From IMG/VR virus record IMGVR_UViG_3300031841_004047: 64,000 nucleotides of DNA; one strand, written 5' to 3'. A program made the translations under genes and the position numbers. The stretch is from a virus. Under the pieces are notes generated by a model. It was not told where the DNA came from, searched no databases, and saw nothing but the letters and a program-made list of their open reading frames with translations. Below are positions 48,652 through 57,836 of this stretch, one piece after another; position 1 is the stretch's first letter, and each line of letters begins with the position of its first letter.

Positions 48652-51201
48652 ATGCCAAGTAAAAGTAGGTTAGTATCTAAAGCTTTCAGTACTTCTGGGG
48701 TTTTATCGACTATAGCGTCTGAAAACCCGACCGTTGATACAGGAACTACACAAATCGCAAACGTTGATGCTCTTCCTACTTCAGGAAATGAAACTGGTGA
48801 TCAACTTTTCATTGAAGCTACTAATAGATTGTATATATGGAACGGGTCTGGCTGGTACAACATAGCTCTTATTAATACAAGTCCAACGTGGGATTCTGGA
48901 GGGCAACCCGCTGCATCCTATGAGTTAGACGTTGATAGCCCACAAGATGCTACGATAATAAGTTTAGCTGCGTCTGATGCTGAAGGCTTGCCGATTCAGT
49001 ATTCATACGTCACGTCTGGATCAATGGACTCGATGGCAACTATCAGCCAAGATTCATCAGTGTTCACAATTACTCCAAAAACAGTTGCGCAAGTAGGAGA
49101 AGGTGTTGAATTAACTGGTAGTATTACTTTCAGAGCATCTGACGGTGTAAATATTCTTCCTAGTATATCTAGTTTTGTTCTTAATTTTGTTTTCACTGTA
49201 GAAAATAGCAAGTATACAACTCTATTGTTAGAAGCGGTTGATACTTCAGATAACAATAATATAATCGATTCATCTTCCAACAACCACGCTATCACGGTAA
49301 CAGGGGATGCTAGAGCCAGCTCGTATAGTCCGTATCGTCATGGTGGGTATAGTACTTATTTTGATGGGACTGGAGATAAACTATCCGTATCTAATAATTC
49401 AAATTTTGATGTTGGCTCTAATGATTTTACTTTGGAATTTTGGTATTATCCTCAAACATCAGTTCTTAATGGATTTATAGCGGGTTATTACTCATCAACA
49501 AATAATCAACGTAGTTATGCTATCCGTCACGACGATGTAACCGGTAATTTATCAATGGTCTTTTCTACCGATGGAACCTTCCAAAGTGGAAATGCCACTT
49601 CAAGTAACATAACACCAACAGACATGAATAATAAATGGAATCATATTGCTATTACAAAATCAGGAACAACAGCAAAGCTCTGGCATAATGGTAATTTAGT
49701 GGCAACTAATTCATCAGCACCAACAACATTATATTCACCGACATCCGGTCCTTTTAATATAGGTACATTTAATGATAGCACTTACATACAAGGATATCTA
49801 ACAGATGTTAGGTTAGTGGTTGGTACGGAATTATACACCAGCAACTTTACTCCACCATCTACACGTCTTACCGCCATAACAAATACTTCATTACTCACCT
49901 GCCATCTCCCGTACTTTGCGGATGGTTCTACCAACAATCATGCTATTACTGTAAGCGGCAATCCTGTAACGAGTCCGTTTGGTCCCTATGACAACAAAAA
50001 ATACTCAGCATCAAGTCACGGAGGGTCTGTGTATTTCGATGGGTCTGGGGATTATCTAACTATTTCAAATGATACTTCGCTAAACTTAGCAAATACAAGT
50101 TTTACGATTGAGTGTTGGGTATTTCCTATGCTTGACTATAGTAACTATAGAACTATTTTTTGTAAGCGGGTCAGTGGTAGCTTAACTACAAGTTATCAGG
50201 GCTATTTAGCCACTAGCACCGGCAGAATTGGATTTTATAATGGGACAGTTTATGAAAGTTCCACTGTTTTAGTAAGTAATGCTTGGAGCCATTGTGCGTG
50301 GGTATATGATGGCACAAATATTAAAATTTTTGTAAATGGCACTCAGGTGCTTTCTCAAACTACAAGTATATCTGAGATAGATGAGCCTCTCTCTATTGGA
50401 TTTACAAGAGGATATACTGAAATATTCGGCGGATATATTTCTGATTTTAGAATAGTCAAAGGCACCGCTGTTTATACTGGTAATTTCACTCCACCAACCT
50501 TTCCTCTTACTGCAGTTACAAACACTTCACTACTTCTCTCGGGCACTGACGCATCTATCATAGATAAGTCACAAACCAGCAATTTAAAACTTGTTGGAAA
50601 CACTACTGGTTCAACAACTCAGGTTAAGTTTACGGATACAAAATCTATATATTTTGCTTCAGTCTCGCAGACCGATTACGCTAGTTCAAAACATGGTGGA
50701 CTTTTATCTTTAAGTGGACCATTTACAATTGAATTTTGGTGCAATATGAATACTGGAGGAGCTGTTAATTATACCGCTTTCTTTTATTGGACCGGAACCA
50801 ATTATGTGGCAAGGTTAACAGATAGTGGATTTGGTAATAGATTACAACTTTGTTTTGACGCTGGGGCACAGACTGGTATTTATGCAGTGAATGCAACTCG
50901 AACATACTTAGCAGGCCTTGGTTGGTTTCATTTTGCATGGACAAGAGATAATAATAATGATAATAGAATATTTATTAATGGAAGTATAGTAAATGTTACT
51001 GGAGGCTCTAATTGGTCCTCCTATCCATCTCCAAGTTCATTCCCACTAAGTTCTTTTAATGACAATAGAACACTTGGCAGTTCTGCTGATTTTGTTTTTG
51101 CCGCTGGAGATGGTGGTTATGTTCAAGACTTCAGAGTCACTAAAGGTCTCGCAAGATACACCGCAAACTTTACACCGCCAACCGAACCACTTTTAGGATA
51201 A
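48652..51201 (+). CDS. Triple-LamG virion protein, paralog 4
   Basis: Same anchor and linkers as 31770. Confidence 0.85.
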   Translation: MPSKSRLVSKAFSTSGVLSTIASENPTVDTGTTQIANVDALPTSGNETGDQLFIEATNRLYIWNGSGWYNIALINTSPTWDSGGQPAASYELDVDSPQDATIISLAASDAEGLPIQYSYVTSGSMDSMATISQDSSVFTITPKTVAQVGEGVELTGSITFRASDGVNILPSISSFVLNFVFTVENSKYTTLLLEAVDTSDNNNIIDSSSNNHAITVTGDARASSYSPYRHGGYSTYFDGTGDKLSVSNNSNFDVGSNDFTLEFWYYPQTSVLNGFIAGYYSSTNNQRSYAIRHDDVTGNLSMVFSTDGTFQSGNATSSNITPTDMNNKWNHIAITKSGTTAKLWHNGNLVATNSSAPTTLYSPTSGPFNIGTFNDSTYIQGYLTDVRLVVGTELYTSNFTPPSTRLTAITNTSLLTCHLPYFADGSTNNHAITVSGNPVTSPFGPYDNKKYSASSHGGSVYFDGSGDYLTISNDTSLNLANTSFTIECWVFPMLDYSNYRTIFCKRVSGSLTTSYQGYLATSTGRIGFYNGTVYESSTVLVSNAWSHCAWVYDGTNIKIFVNGTQVLSQTTSISEIDEPLSIGFTRGYTEIFGGYISDFRIVKGTAVYTGNFTPPTFPLTAVTNTSLLLSGTDASIIDKSQTSNLKLVGNTTGSTTQVKFTDTKSIYFASVSQTDYASSKHGGLLSLSGPFTIEFWCNMNTGGAVNYTAFFYWTGTNYVARLTDSGFGNRLQLCFDAGAQTGIYAVNATRTYLAGLGWFHFAWTRDNNNDNRIFINGSIVNVTGGSNWSSYPSPSSFPLSSFNDNRTLGSSADFVFAAGDGGYVQDFRVTKGLARYTANFTPPTEPLLG

Positions 51202-51203
51202 AC

Positions 51204-53732
51204 ATGAGTAGGACAAGATCTATATCAAGAGCTTTTGGTTCATCTGGTGTTCTATCAGCCGTTACATCAGCAGTTCCATTTTTTGATAATCAGAAATCAA
51301 GCGTGGCTGGTGTTTCAAACTTACCTGATGTTGGAAATGAGGTTGGTGATCAAGTATTCGTTCAAGCTACAAATAGAATCTATTACTGGAACGGATACGG
51401 CTGGTACAACATCGCTGTTGTAAACAACAGTCCGACTTGGGATTCAGCAGGACCTCCCAGTTCATCATATACGTTAGACGCTGACAGCCCGCAAGATGCT
51501 ACCGTTATTACTTTATCTGCCTCTGATCCTGATGGACTGCCGTTAAGTTATTCTTACGTAACTAGCGGATCCATGGACTCGATGGCCACGATCAGCCAAG
51601 ACTCAAGTGTCTTTACGATCACTCCTAAAACAGTTGCGCAAGTAGGCGCAGGAGTTGAACTAACTGGATCAATTACTTTCAGTGCATCTGATGGAGTTAA
51701 TATTTTACCTCATGTATCAAGTTTTACACTTAGCTTTATATTCGAAGTTGATAACAGTAGGTATACAACATTACTCTTAGACGTTGTAGACACTTCAGAC
51801 AACAATACCATAGTTGATTCATCATCAAATAATGAAACCATAACTGTTTATGGGAACCCTAGTGCCGGTACGTTTAGTCCATACCGGCATGGTAGCTACA
51901 CTAACTATTTTGATGGAACTAATAGTTATATACGTTTTAATAACAATGAATTAGAAATAACCACGGAAGATTTTACAATTGAAGCATGGATAAATTGTAA
52001 AGTAGGAACTACAATGTACATTGCAGCAAATGCTATATGGTACCAAGGAGATAATAGAGGTTGGAGGTTGAGTATTGATACTTCTGGATTGATAAGTTTA
52101 AGTGCCTCTCAAGGTGTTTGGAACACCTTTCCAAATATTTATACTTCTACGAATGCCATAACAAGTGATGAATGGAATCATATTGCTATATGCAGAGAAT
52201 CTGGAGTTATTAGTTCATATATAAATGGTATTAAAGATCCAACGACTGTAACTTATTCTTCCTCACTAAATCAACTTGGAGATAATGACGGAAGTCCCAA
52301 CGCAGCTATTTCTTATGTTGGAACTTATTTAGCAGATAATATAATCCGCAACCCTTTTCTTGGAAATATGGCTGATTTTCATTTTAAACTTGGTTCAGCA
52401 AAATATAATTCTAATTTTGATGTTCCAACCGAAAGATTGACTGCTGAAACTGGCACCACTATACTATTATTTAATGATGGAAGGGAAGTAAAAGATAACT
52501 CTGTAAACAACTATTCTTTTACTAATGCCTCAGTAGGTTTTAAGCCTCCGGGTCTCTATGACAACTTGGAATACTTGGCGACAGATCATGGTACATCTAT
52601 ATATTTTGATGGCTCTGGGGATACACTGGAACTACAATCAAGTGTTGCAAACGTGGTGTCAGTCGACTTTACTGCCGAGTGCTGGATATATCCACGCGTT
52701 CTTGGTGGAGCTATAATGGATAAGGATCATAAACCAAATGTATCTTTTCCATTATGGGCTTTAACTATATCAAGTACAGGTGTACTTAACAACTTTATTG
52801 GTAGCGGTAACGGAACTTCAAGTTCTCAACTAATATCAACTGCAGCGGGTGTCATCAAACTAAATACGTGGCACCACATTGTTGTTACTAAAAGCGGAAG
52901 TACACTTACAACTTATGTTGATGGTGTTCAAGAATCTAGTGCTACAATAACTGCAAACCTAATTGATGGAGGAAAGCCTTTTTATATCGGTTCGAGATCA
53001 AAGACCGATCAATGGTTTAATGGCTATATAGCAGACCTTCGATTTGTAAAAGGATCTGTTCTCTATACTTCCAACTTTACACCACCAACAGCGCCTTACA
53101 CTACTTCTACTGGTCTGGATCTTCATCTCAAAGGAACGGAAGCTTCAATCATAGATAAGTCCCAGACTAATAATCTCCAGCTTGTTGGAAACACTACTGG
53201 ATCAACCACTCAAACTAAGTTTGCTAATACTAAGTCAATGTATTTTGATGGAACTGGAGATTATGTAATAATAAATGATACTAACATAGCCAATTTTGGA
53301 ACAAGTGATTTTACTATTGAAACGTGGGTTTATTGTGAAGATACTAATACAAATCAAATAATTGAAACAAGACCAAGCAATACAAACGGATCATATATCT
53401 CTGCTGGTATTCAAGCCGGGTCAGGAATTTTCTTTTATACCAATAATGCATACGCACATACAGGTACTAGGATAGGGACTATTAATACCGGTCAATGGCA
53501 CCATGTTGCCTGGGTTCGTTACAATGGAACAATTACTTCATACATTGATGGAGTAAGTGTAGGCTCTGCATCAAATACTACAAATGTTATTTCAAGTAAT
53601 ACTTATATCGGATGGAATGCTTTTGCTGGAGACAACACTGGTTCAGTTTATATTCAAGATTTTAGAGTTACTAGAAACATAGCAAGATATACCGCAAACT
53701 TTACACCACCAACCGCACCGTTTAAAGGTTAA
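51204..53732 (+). CDS. Triple-LamG virion protein, paralog 5
   Basis: Same anchor. The third LamG domain is closely related to that of 35626. Confidence 0.85.
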   Translation: MSRTRSISRAFGSSGVLSAVTSAVPFFDNQKSSVAGVSNLPDVGNEVGDQVFVQATNRIYYWNGYGWYNIAVVNNSPTWDSAGPPSSSYTLDADSPQDATVITLSASDPDGLPLSYSYVTSGSMDSMATISQDSSVFTITPKTVAQVGAGVELTGSITFSASDGVNILPHVSSFTLSFIFEVDNSRYTTLLLDVVDTSDNNTIVDSSSNNETITVYGNPSAGTFSPYRHGSYTNYFDGTNSYIRFNNNELEITTEDFTIEAWINCKVGTTMYIAANAIWYQGDNRGWRLSIDTSGLISLSASQGVWNTFPNIYTSTNAITSDEWNHIAICRESGVISSYINGIKDPTTVTYSSSLNQLGDNDGSPNAAISYVGTYLADNIIRNPFLGNMADFHFKLGSAKYNSNFDVPTERLTAETGTTILLFNDGREVKDNSVNNYSFTNASVGFKPPGLYDNLEYLATDHGTSIYFDGSGDTLELQSSVANVVSVDFTAECWIYPRVLGGAIMDKDHKPNVSFPLWALTISSTGVLNNFIGSGNGTSSSQLISTAAGVIKLNTWHHIVVTKSGSTLTTYVDGVQESSATITANLIDGGKPFYIGSRSKTDQWFNGYIADLRFVKGSVLYTSNFTPPTAPYTTSTGLDLHLKGTEASIIDKSQTNNLQLVGNTTGSTTQTKFANTKSMYFDGTGDYVIINDTNIANFGTSDFTIETWVYCEDTNTNQIIETRPSNTNGSYISAGIQAGSGIFFYTNNAYAHTGTRIGTINTGQWHHVAWVRYNGTITSYIDGVSVGSASNTTNVISSNTYIGWNAFAGDNTGSVYIQDFRVTRNIARYTANFTPPTAPFKG

Positions 53733-53956
53733 TTATAAACTTTAACATTGTTTGGGTCGACCAATACAGGTTTGCAATAACCAGTTGCCCGGTGTTCTTT
53801 TGGAACATCTTTATAGTACTTATAGTTTCCGTATCTTTTTACGAGTTGGCTTGCAAAGTAGTTGCAACGGTTTACATCCCAAAAATGCATATCTTGACTT
53901 ATAGTTGACCCGTTTAGTACCAAAACTAAAACAAAAACGTGAGTCATTAGAACCAA
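53729..53956 (-). CDS. Small hypothetical protein
   Basis: Converges on the LamG gene with overlapping stops (TTAA) and is coupled to the gene at 53947. Start uncertain. Confidence 0.55.
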   Translation of the reverse strand: MVLMTHVFVLVLVLNGSTISQDMHFWDVNRCNYFASQLVKRYGNYKYYKDVPKEHRATGYCKPVLVDPNNVKVYN

Positions 53957-54429
53957 CCAGCCCCGGTTCCTACTAGCCAGAATCCTCCAAATACAATTGC
54001 AAATAATGCTAATACCAAACCTATTATGGCACAGTTTTCAAAGAAGGCTCTTCTTGCTTCCATTTGTCGATAAACTGTTTCTTCACGTTCCTTTTTTATC
54101 TTGCGTCGAAGCTCAATCATTTCTTTCCAAGTGCCGTATCCAAACCTTATGTTTAACATATCCTGAAGTTGTTTTTCTTGTTCTTCCATCTTCTTTTTAT
54201 GAACAAGAATTTCGAGTGCTTCTTGTTCTATAGAACCACCCTTAAATACCTTTGAAAACATTGAAGGATTTTTACGTTGAGTCTCAGCTCTGCTTAAATC
54301 AGCAGCAGCGCCATACCACTTACCAAGTTGTCCTACAACATCTTCTATTTCACGTCCTGCATTTACAAGTTTTTTTACTCCATTGAATGCGGCCGTAGCA
54401 GCAGTAATGGCAGTGATCGGATCGATCAT
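53947..54429 (-). CDS. Hypothetical protein with a coiled coil and C-terminal TM
   Basis: MIDPITAITAATAAFNGVKKLVNAGREIED is a common marine-phage N-terminus. It has its own late promoter. Confidence 0.75.
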   Translation of the reverse strand: MIDPITAITAATAAFNGVKKLVNAGREIEDVVGQLGKWYGAAADLSRAETQRKNPSMFSKVFKGGSIEQEALEILVHKKKMEEQEKQLQDMLNIRFGYGTWKEMIELRRKIKKEREETVYRQMEARRAFFENCAIIGLVLALFAIVFGGFWLVGTGAGWF

Positions 54430-54459
54430 GCTAAGTTCCTCGTTTCCTTTTCCTAACTG

Positions 54460-54467
54460 TATTTATA
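54460..54467 (-). promoter_or_regulatory. T4-type late promoter on the minus strand
   Basis: TATTTATA on + reads TATAAATA on -, about 30 nt upstream of 54429. Confidence 0.75.
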
Positions 54468-54474
54468 TTATACG

Positions 54475-54504
54475 GTTTACAAAAACGAATATATAGTTTA
54501 TAAT
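54475..54504 (+). promoter_or_regulatory. T4-type early (sigma70-like) promoter
   Basis: GTTTACA, a 17-nt spacer, then TATAAT. Confidence 0.8.
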
Positions 54505-54524
54505 AGTTAAAACGGAGAGGTTAT

Positions 54525-54671
54525 ATGTTTGAAGTTGTAATTGCAGAATCAAAAGAAGTTATCATGACATCCAGTCGTAAAGAAGACGCCGAAGCTTGCT
54601 TAAGATCACTTCTTGAAGTAGATAAGGTGGATGCTTTTATTAGACAAACTAAAGTATTGTTAAATGAATAA
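54525..54671 (+). CDS. 48-aa hypothetical early protein missing from the ORF track
   Basis: GGAGAGG SD, MFEVVIAESKEVIMTSSRKEDAEACL..., and a TAATG overlap with the next gene. Confidence 0.65.
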   Translation: MFEVVIAESKEVIMTSSRKEDAEACLRSLLEVDKVDAFIRQTKVLLNE

Positions 54672-54910
54672 TGTCTGATTATGAAGCAGAAAAAATAGTT
54701 AAGAAGACTTTAGCCGTACGAAGGAAAATAAGAGAATTCTATAGTGAGTTTCCTCAGTACTGTCCATATGGTTATAAGTTGAAAGATAATCCCACGAAAG
54801 CTCAGACTAATAAAACTATAACTAAAAAAGTTATGGCAAAATATGTTGAACCTGAAGTTGTTGAATTAGTCGATGATATAAAAGCCAAATTAAAAATGAG
54901 AACAAAATGA
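54671..54910 (+). CDS. Hypothetical early protein
   Basis: Translationally coupled on both sides. Confidence 0.65.
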   Translation: MSDYEAEKIVKKTLAVRRKIREFYSEFPQYCPYGYKLKDNPTKAQTNKTITKKVMAKYVEPEVVELVDDIKAKLKMRTK

Positions 54911-55875
54911 GAGTTGGTATAAACGGTTTTGGTAGAATTGGCCGATGTCTTGCTAGGCATATAATGCAGGACAGAGACGACATGGAACTTGTACAGATAA
55001 ATGCTAGTGGAGATCCAGAGCAGAACATCCACCTTTTAAAGTATGATAGCGTTCATGGAAGATTTACTCCAAGGGAAGATCTGACGTATAAGATAAGCTG
55101 GAGTCATTCACGTGATAATAAATTTTTAAGTTGGGATGATGTTGATGTGGTATTTGAATGTACTGGTGCTTATAACGACGGAGATGTTGCGGTTCATCAC
55201 ATTAATTACGGTAAAGCAAAAAAGGTCTTAATTAGTGCTCCAGCAGTCAACGTAGATAGAACTGTTGTATACGGCGTAAACGATAACGAATTAAAATCAT
55301 CAGATAAAATTGTAAGCAACGCTAGTTGTACGACTAATTGTTTAGCTCCACTGGCAAAAGTATTAGATCAGGCTTTTGGAATTGAAAGCGGGCAGATGAC
55401 AACGGTTCATAGTTTTACGGGTGATCAAGGCACAATAGATCGAAGACATAGGGATATGTACAGAGCTCGAGCTGCTGGATCTAATATGATACCAACAAGT
55501 ACTGGAGCTGCAAAGGCTTTAAAACACGTTTATCCAAAGCTTGAAGGTAAGATAATGGGTAGCGCCATACGTGTTCCAACTCAAAACGTAAGCTGTGTGG
55601 ATCTTACGGTTAATTTAAATACAGACGTCACCAAAGAACTCATTAATGACACAATGTCTCTTGCAAGTCAAAATGGATTCAAAGGCATTATTGGTTATGA
55701 AGAACTCCCTTTGGTGAGTAGTGATTTTAATACTACAGTTGAGAGCTGCATTTTTGCTCCTGAACAAACTAGAGTCGTAAATAAAAGAATGGTCAGAGTC
55801 TTAGCGTGGTACGATAACGAATGGGCCTTTAGCTGTAGAATGGCAGACGTAGGAAAAAAAATGCAATTAATGTGA
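54907..55875 (+). CDS. gap: Type I glyceraldehyde-3-phosphate dehydrogenase (phage auxiliary metabolic gene)
   Basis: RVGINGFGRIGR, the catalytic motif SNASCTTNCLAP, IPTSTGAAKA, RVPT.NVS.VDL and WYDNEW. Confidence 0.97.
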   Translation: MRVGINGFGRIGRCLARHIMQDRDDMELVQINASGDPEQNIHLLKYDSVHGRFTPREDLTYKISWSHSRDNKFLSWDDVDVVFECTGAYNDGDVAVHHINYGKAKKVLISAPAVNVDRTVVYGVNDNELKSSDKIVSNASCTTNCLAPLAKVLDQAFGIESGQMTTVHSFTGDQGTIDRRHRDMYRARAAGSNMIPTSTGAAKALKHVYPKLEGKIMGSAIRVPTQNVSCVDLTVNLNTDVTKELINDTMSLASQNGFKGIIGYEELPLVSSDFNTTVESCIFAPEQTRVVNKRMVRVLAWYDNEWAFSCRMADVGKKMQLM

Positions 55876-55893
55876 TTAAAATGCATTTTAGCT

Positions 55894-55923
55894 GTTTACT
55901 TTTCATGAAAACTAGTTTATAGT
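55894..55923 (+). promoter_or_regulatory. T4-type early promoter
   Basis: GTTTACT, a 17-nt spacer, then TATAGT. Near-identical to the promoter at 59257. Confidence 0.78.
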
Positions 55924-55954
55924 TATTCTATCAAATGAAAAGAGGAATAAAATT

Positions 55955-56914
55955 ATGGCACATATGGTTGAAACAATGGCATACGCAGGAGAACTACCTT
56001 GGCACGGTCTTGGTGTTCCAGTAAGTAATGATCTTACACCTGCTCAAATGCAGCAAAAAGCAGGCCTTGACTGGAATGTTGAAAAGGTGGATGCTTTCGT
56101 AAACATTGGTGGTCAACAAGTAAAAACTGGACAGCAAGCACTTGTACGTACAAGTGATAATACAATCCTTACCAACGTAGGTGAGGGCTGGAACCCAGTT
56201 CAAAACTCTGAAGCTTTTGATTTCTTCACCGACTTCGTAATGGAAGGTGATATGGAGATGCATACGGCTGGATCGTTGAAGAATGGTCAGATCGTATGGG
56301 CTCTAGCAAAAGTAAAAGAGTCTTTTGATATTTTTGGTGAGGATCGTGTAGACGCATACTTCTTGTTTTCAAATCCACATCAGTACGGTAAAGCAATTGA
56401 TGTTCGATTTACGCCAATCCGTGTTGTCTGCAACAATACGCTCACGATGAGCTTAAATACCGAGTCAGAGCGTGCTGTAAAGATCGGTCACCGTACATCA
56501 TTCGATGCTGACTTAGTAAAAGAAAAGCTTGGACTCGCAACCGAAAAGTTTGCGAAGTATAAAGAGATGGCACAATTTCTTGGTTCCAAGCGTTTCAAAG
56601 TTGAAGATCTTATTCAGTACTACAATGAGGTGCTTCCTTCAACTTCACGTAAAGAAGCTGAACCACTAGCAGTTACTGCGTATGATGATCTTTCACGTGG
56701 AGCAAAGATGTGCTACGATGCACTTGAAACTCAACCTGGTGCTGAATACGGTGCTGGAACATGGTGGCAAGCTTTTAACTCTGTCACTTACTTCACTGAT
56801 CATCATCAAGGACGTAACGCAGAAAATCGTCTACACTCACAGTGGTTTGGTGGAAATCAGCTGAAAAAAGTAAAAGCTGCTGAGAAAGCAGTCCAATACG
56901 CGATGGCCTCTTAA
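55955..56914 (+). CDS. DUF932/TIGR03299-like phage-plasmid protein
   Basis: MAHMVETMAYAGELPWHGLG, PVQNSEAFDFF, TAGSLKNG..VWALAK, FTPIRVVCNNTL and GTWWQAFNSVT. Confidence 0.88.
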   Translation: MAHMVETMAYAGELPWHGLGVPVSNDLTPAQMQQKAGLDWNVEKVDAFVNIGGQQVKTGQQALVRTSDNTILTNVGEGWNPVQNSEAFDFFTDFVMEGDMEMHTAGSLKNGQIVWALAKVKESFDIFGEDRVDAYFLFSNPHQYGKAIDVRFTPIRVVCNNTLTMSLNTESERAVKIGHRTSFDADLVKEKLGLATEKFAKYKEMAQFLGSKRFKVEDLIQYYNEVLPSTSRKEAEPLAVTAYDDLSRGAKMCYDALETQPGAEYGAGTWWQAFNSVTYFTDHHQGRNAENRLHSQWFGGNQLKKVKAAEKAVQYAMAS

Positions 56915-56947
56915 GGCCATCAACCCTTTTTGTAATGGAGAACTATA

Positions 56948-57526
56948 ATGAATAGTAAAGAACATAGTTATTTGGTTAATAATGCGATAAAAAATCCTAA
57001 ATTGACAGCCATCGGGAAAAAATTTCTCGTTGATGAGCTAAATGTGGCAATTCAAAAAGTCGATATGACTAAACTGAAAAGCACTAAAAAAGGATATGTA
57101 GGTGGGTCAAGTTTACGTATCTCAGAACATTTAAGAGTCTTATCTCGTAGTGATACAAAAAGATTTAGGGAAGCTATTGGTAACACCATCACTGAGATGC
57201 TCAAAAACCCTGAAAAGTATGGTTTGAACGATTCATTGAGTAAGTTGAAGAAAGTAGAAAAACATCATGATCATGCTCTTGGATCTTCGGATGAAACAGA
57301 AAATCGAAAACGTCCAGCGTGGTTTTTTGGTTATTCAATAGAAGAACAAAAAGATGATATGCAGGTGGGTCTATCTGGTTTTAATCCTGAGTTTGTAGCA
57401 TCAAATGAAAATTTAAAATGGTTAGACGATCTATCACCAGAAAATCGAAAACGGCTTGCGCATTATGGTTGTAAAGCTGCAACATCAGACGAACTTTGTG
57501 AAGAGCTGTTTAATCGTGCTTCTTAA
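56948..57526 (+). CDS. Hypothetical early protein
   Basis: GGAGAA SD and a 192-aa ORF. Confidence 0.65.
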   Translation: MNSKEHSYLVNNAIKNPKLTAIGKKFLVDELNVAIQKVDMTKLKSTKKGYVGGSSLRISEHLRVLSRSDTKRFREAIGNTITEMLKNPEKYGLNDSLSKLKKVEKHHDHALGSSDETENRKRPAWFFGYSIEEQKDDMQVGLSGFNPEFVASNENLKWLDDLSPENRKRLAHYGCKAATSDELCEELFNRAS

Positions 57527-57530
57527 ATAC

Positions 57531-57538
57531 TATAAATA
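57531..57538 (+). promoter_or_regulatory. T4-type late promoter
   Basis: Intergenic TATAAATA. Confidence 0.72.
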
Positions 57539-57564
57539 TATGTAGTAATAACAATAAAGGGAAT

Positions 57565-57759
57565 ATGGCGATGTTTAGCATCGAGTTAGACATCCCTAAT
57601 CACCTGCCAATGGGAGACTTATCTCAATTTGCAAGTGATAACAACGTTACATTTGAAATCGTAAAAGTTGAGGGACGCAAGTCGACCGTGAAGTTCACGG
57701 CTCGCAATAAAGATTCATTTGAAAAATTTAAGGAGCTGGTTGAAGAAAGCATTAGATAA
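57565..57759 (+). CDS. Small hypothetical protein
   Basis: 64-aa ORF after a late promoter, with an AAGGG SD. Confidence 0.55.
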   Translation: MAMFSIELDIPNHLPMGDLSQFASDNNVTFEIVKVEGRKSTVKFTARNKDSFEKFKELVEESIR

Positions 57760-57836
57760 TATTACAAAACTGTTACAAGAACTTTGACTATGTGTTAATA
57801 TATAAAATTGTAATTAACTATAGGAGAAAAATTACA

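Noticed and set aside
37620-53732. Diversity-generating retroelement (template/variable repeat pair between the 3' ends of 35626 and 51204)
   Set aside because: Mismatches involve all four bases and many are synonymous. Both copies are coding and no reverse transcriptase is in the window.
56903-56920. Hairpin ATGGCCT-CTTA-AGGCCAT as a terminator
   Set aside because: The T tract is not adjacent to the stem and the next gene starts about 30 nt later. It may be a stabilising or processing hairpin, but the support is too weak to call.
57792-57836. Upstream start for the transporter
   Set aside because: The AGGAGA SD points to ATG 57837.
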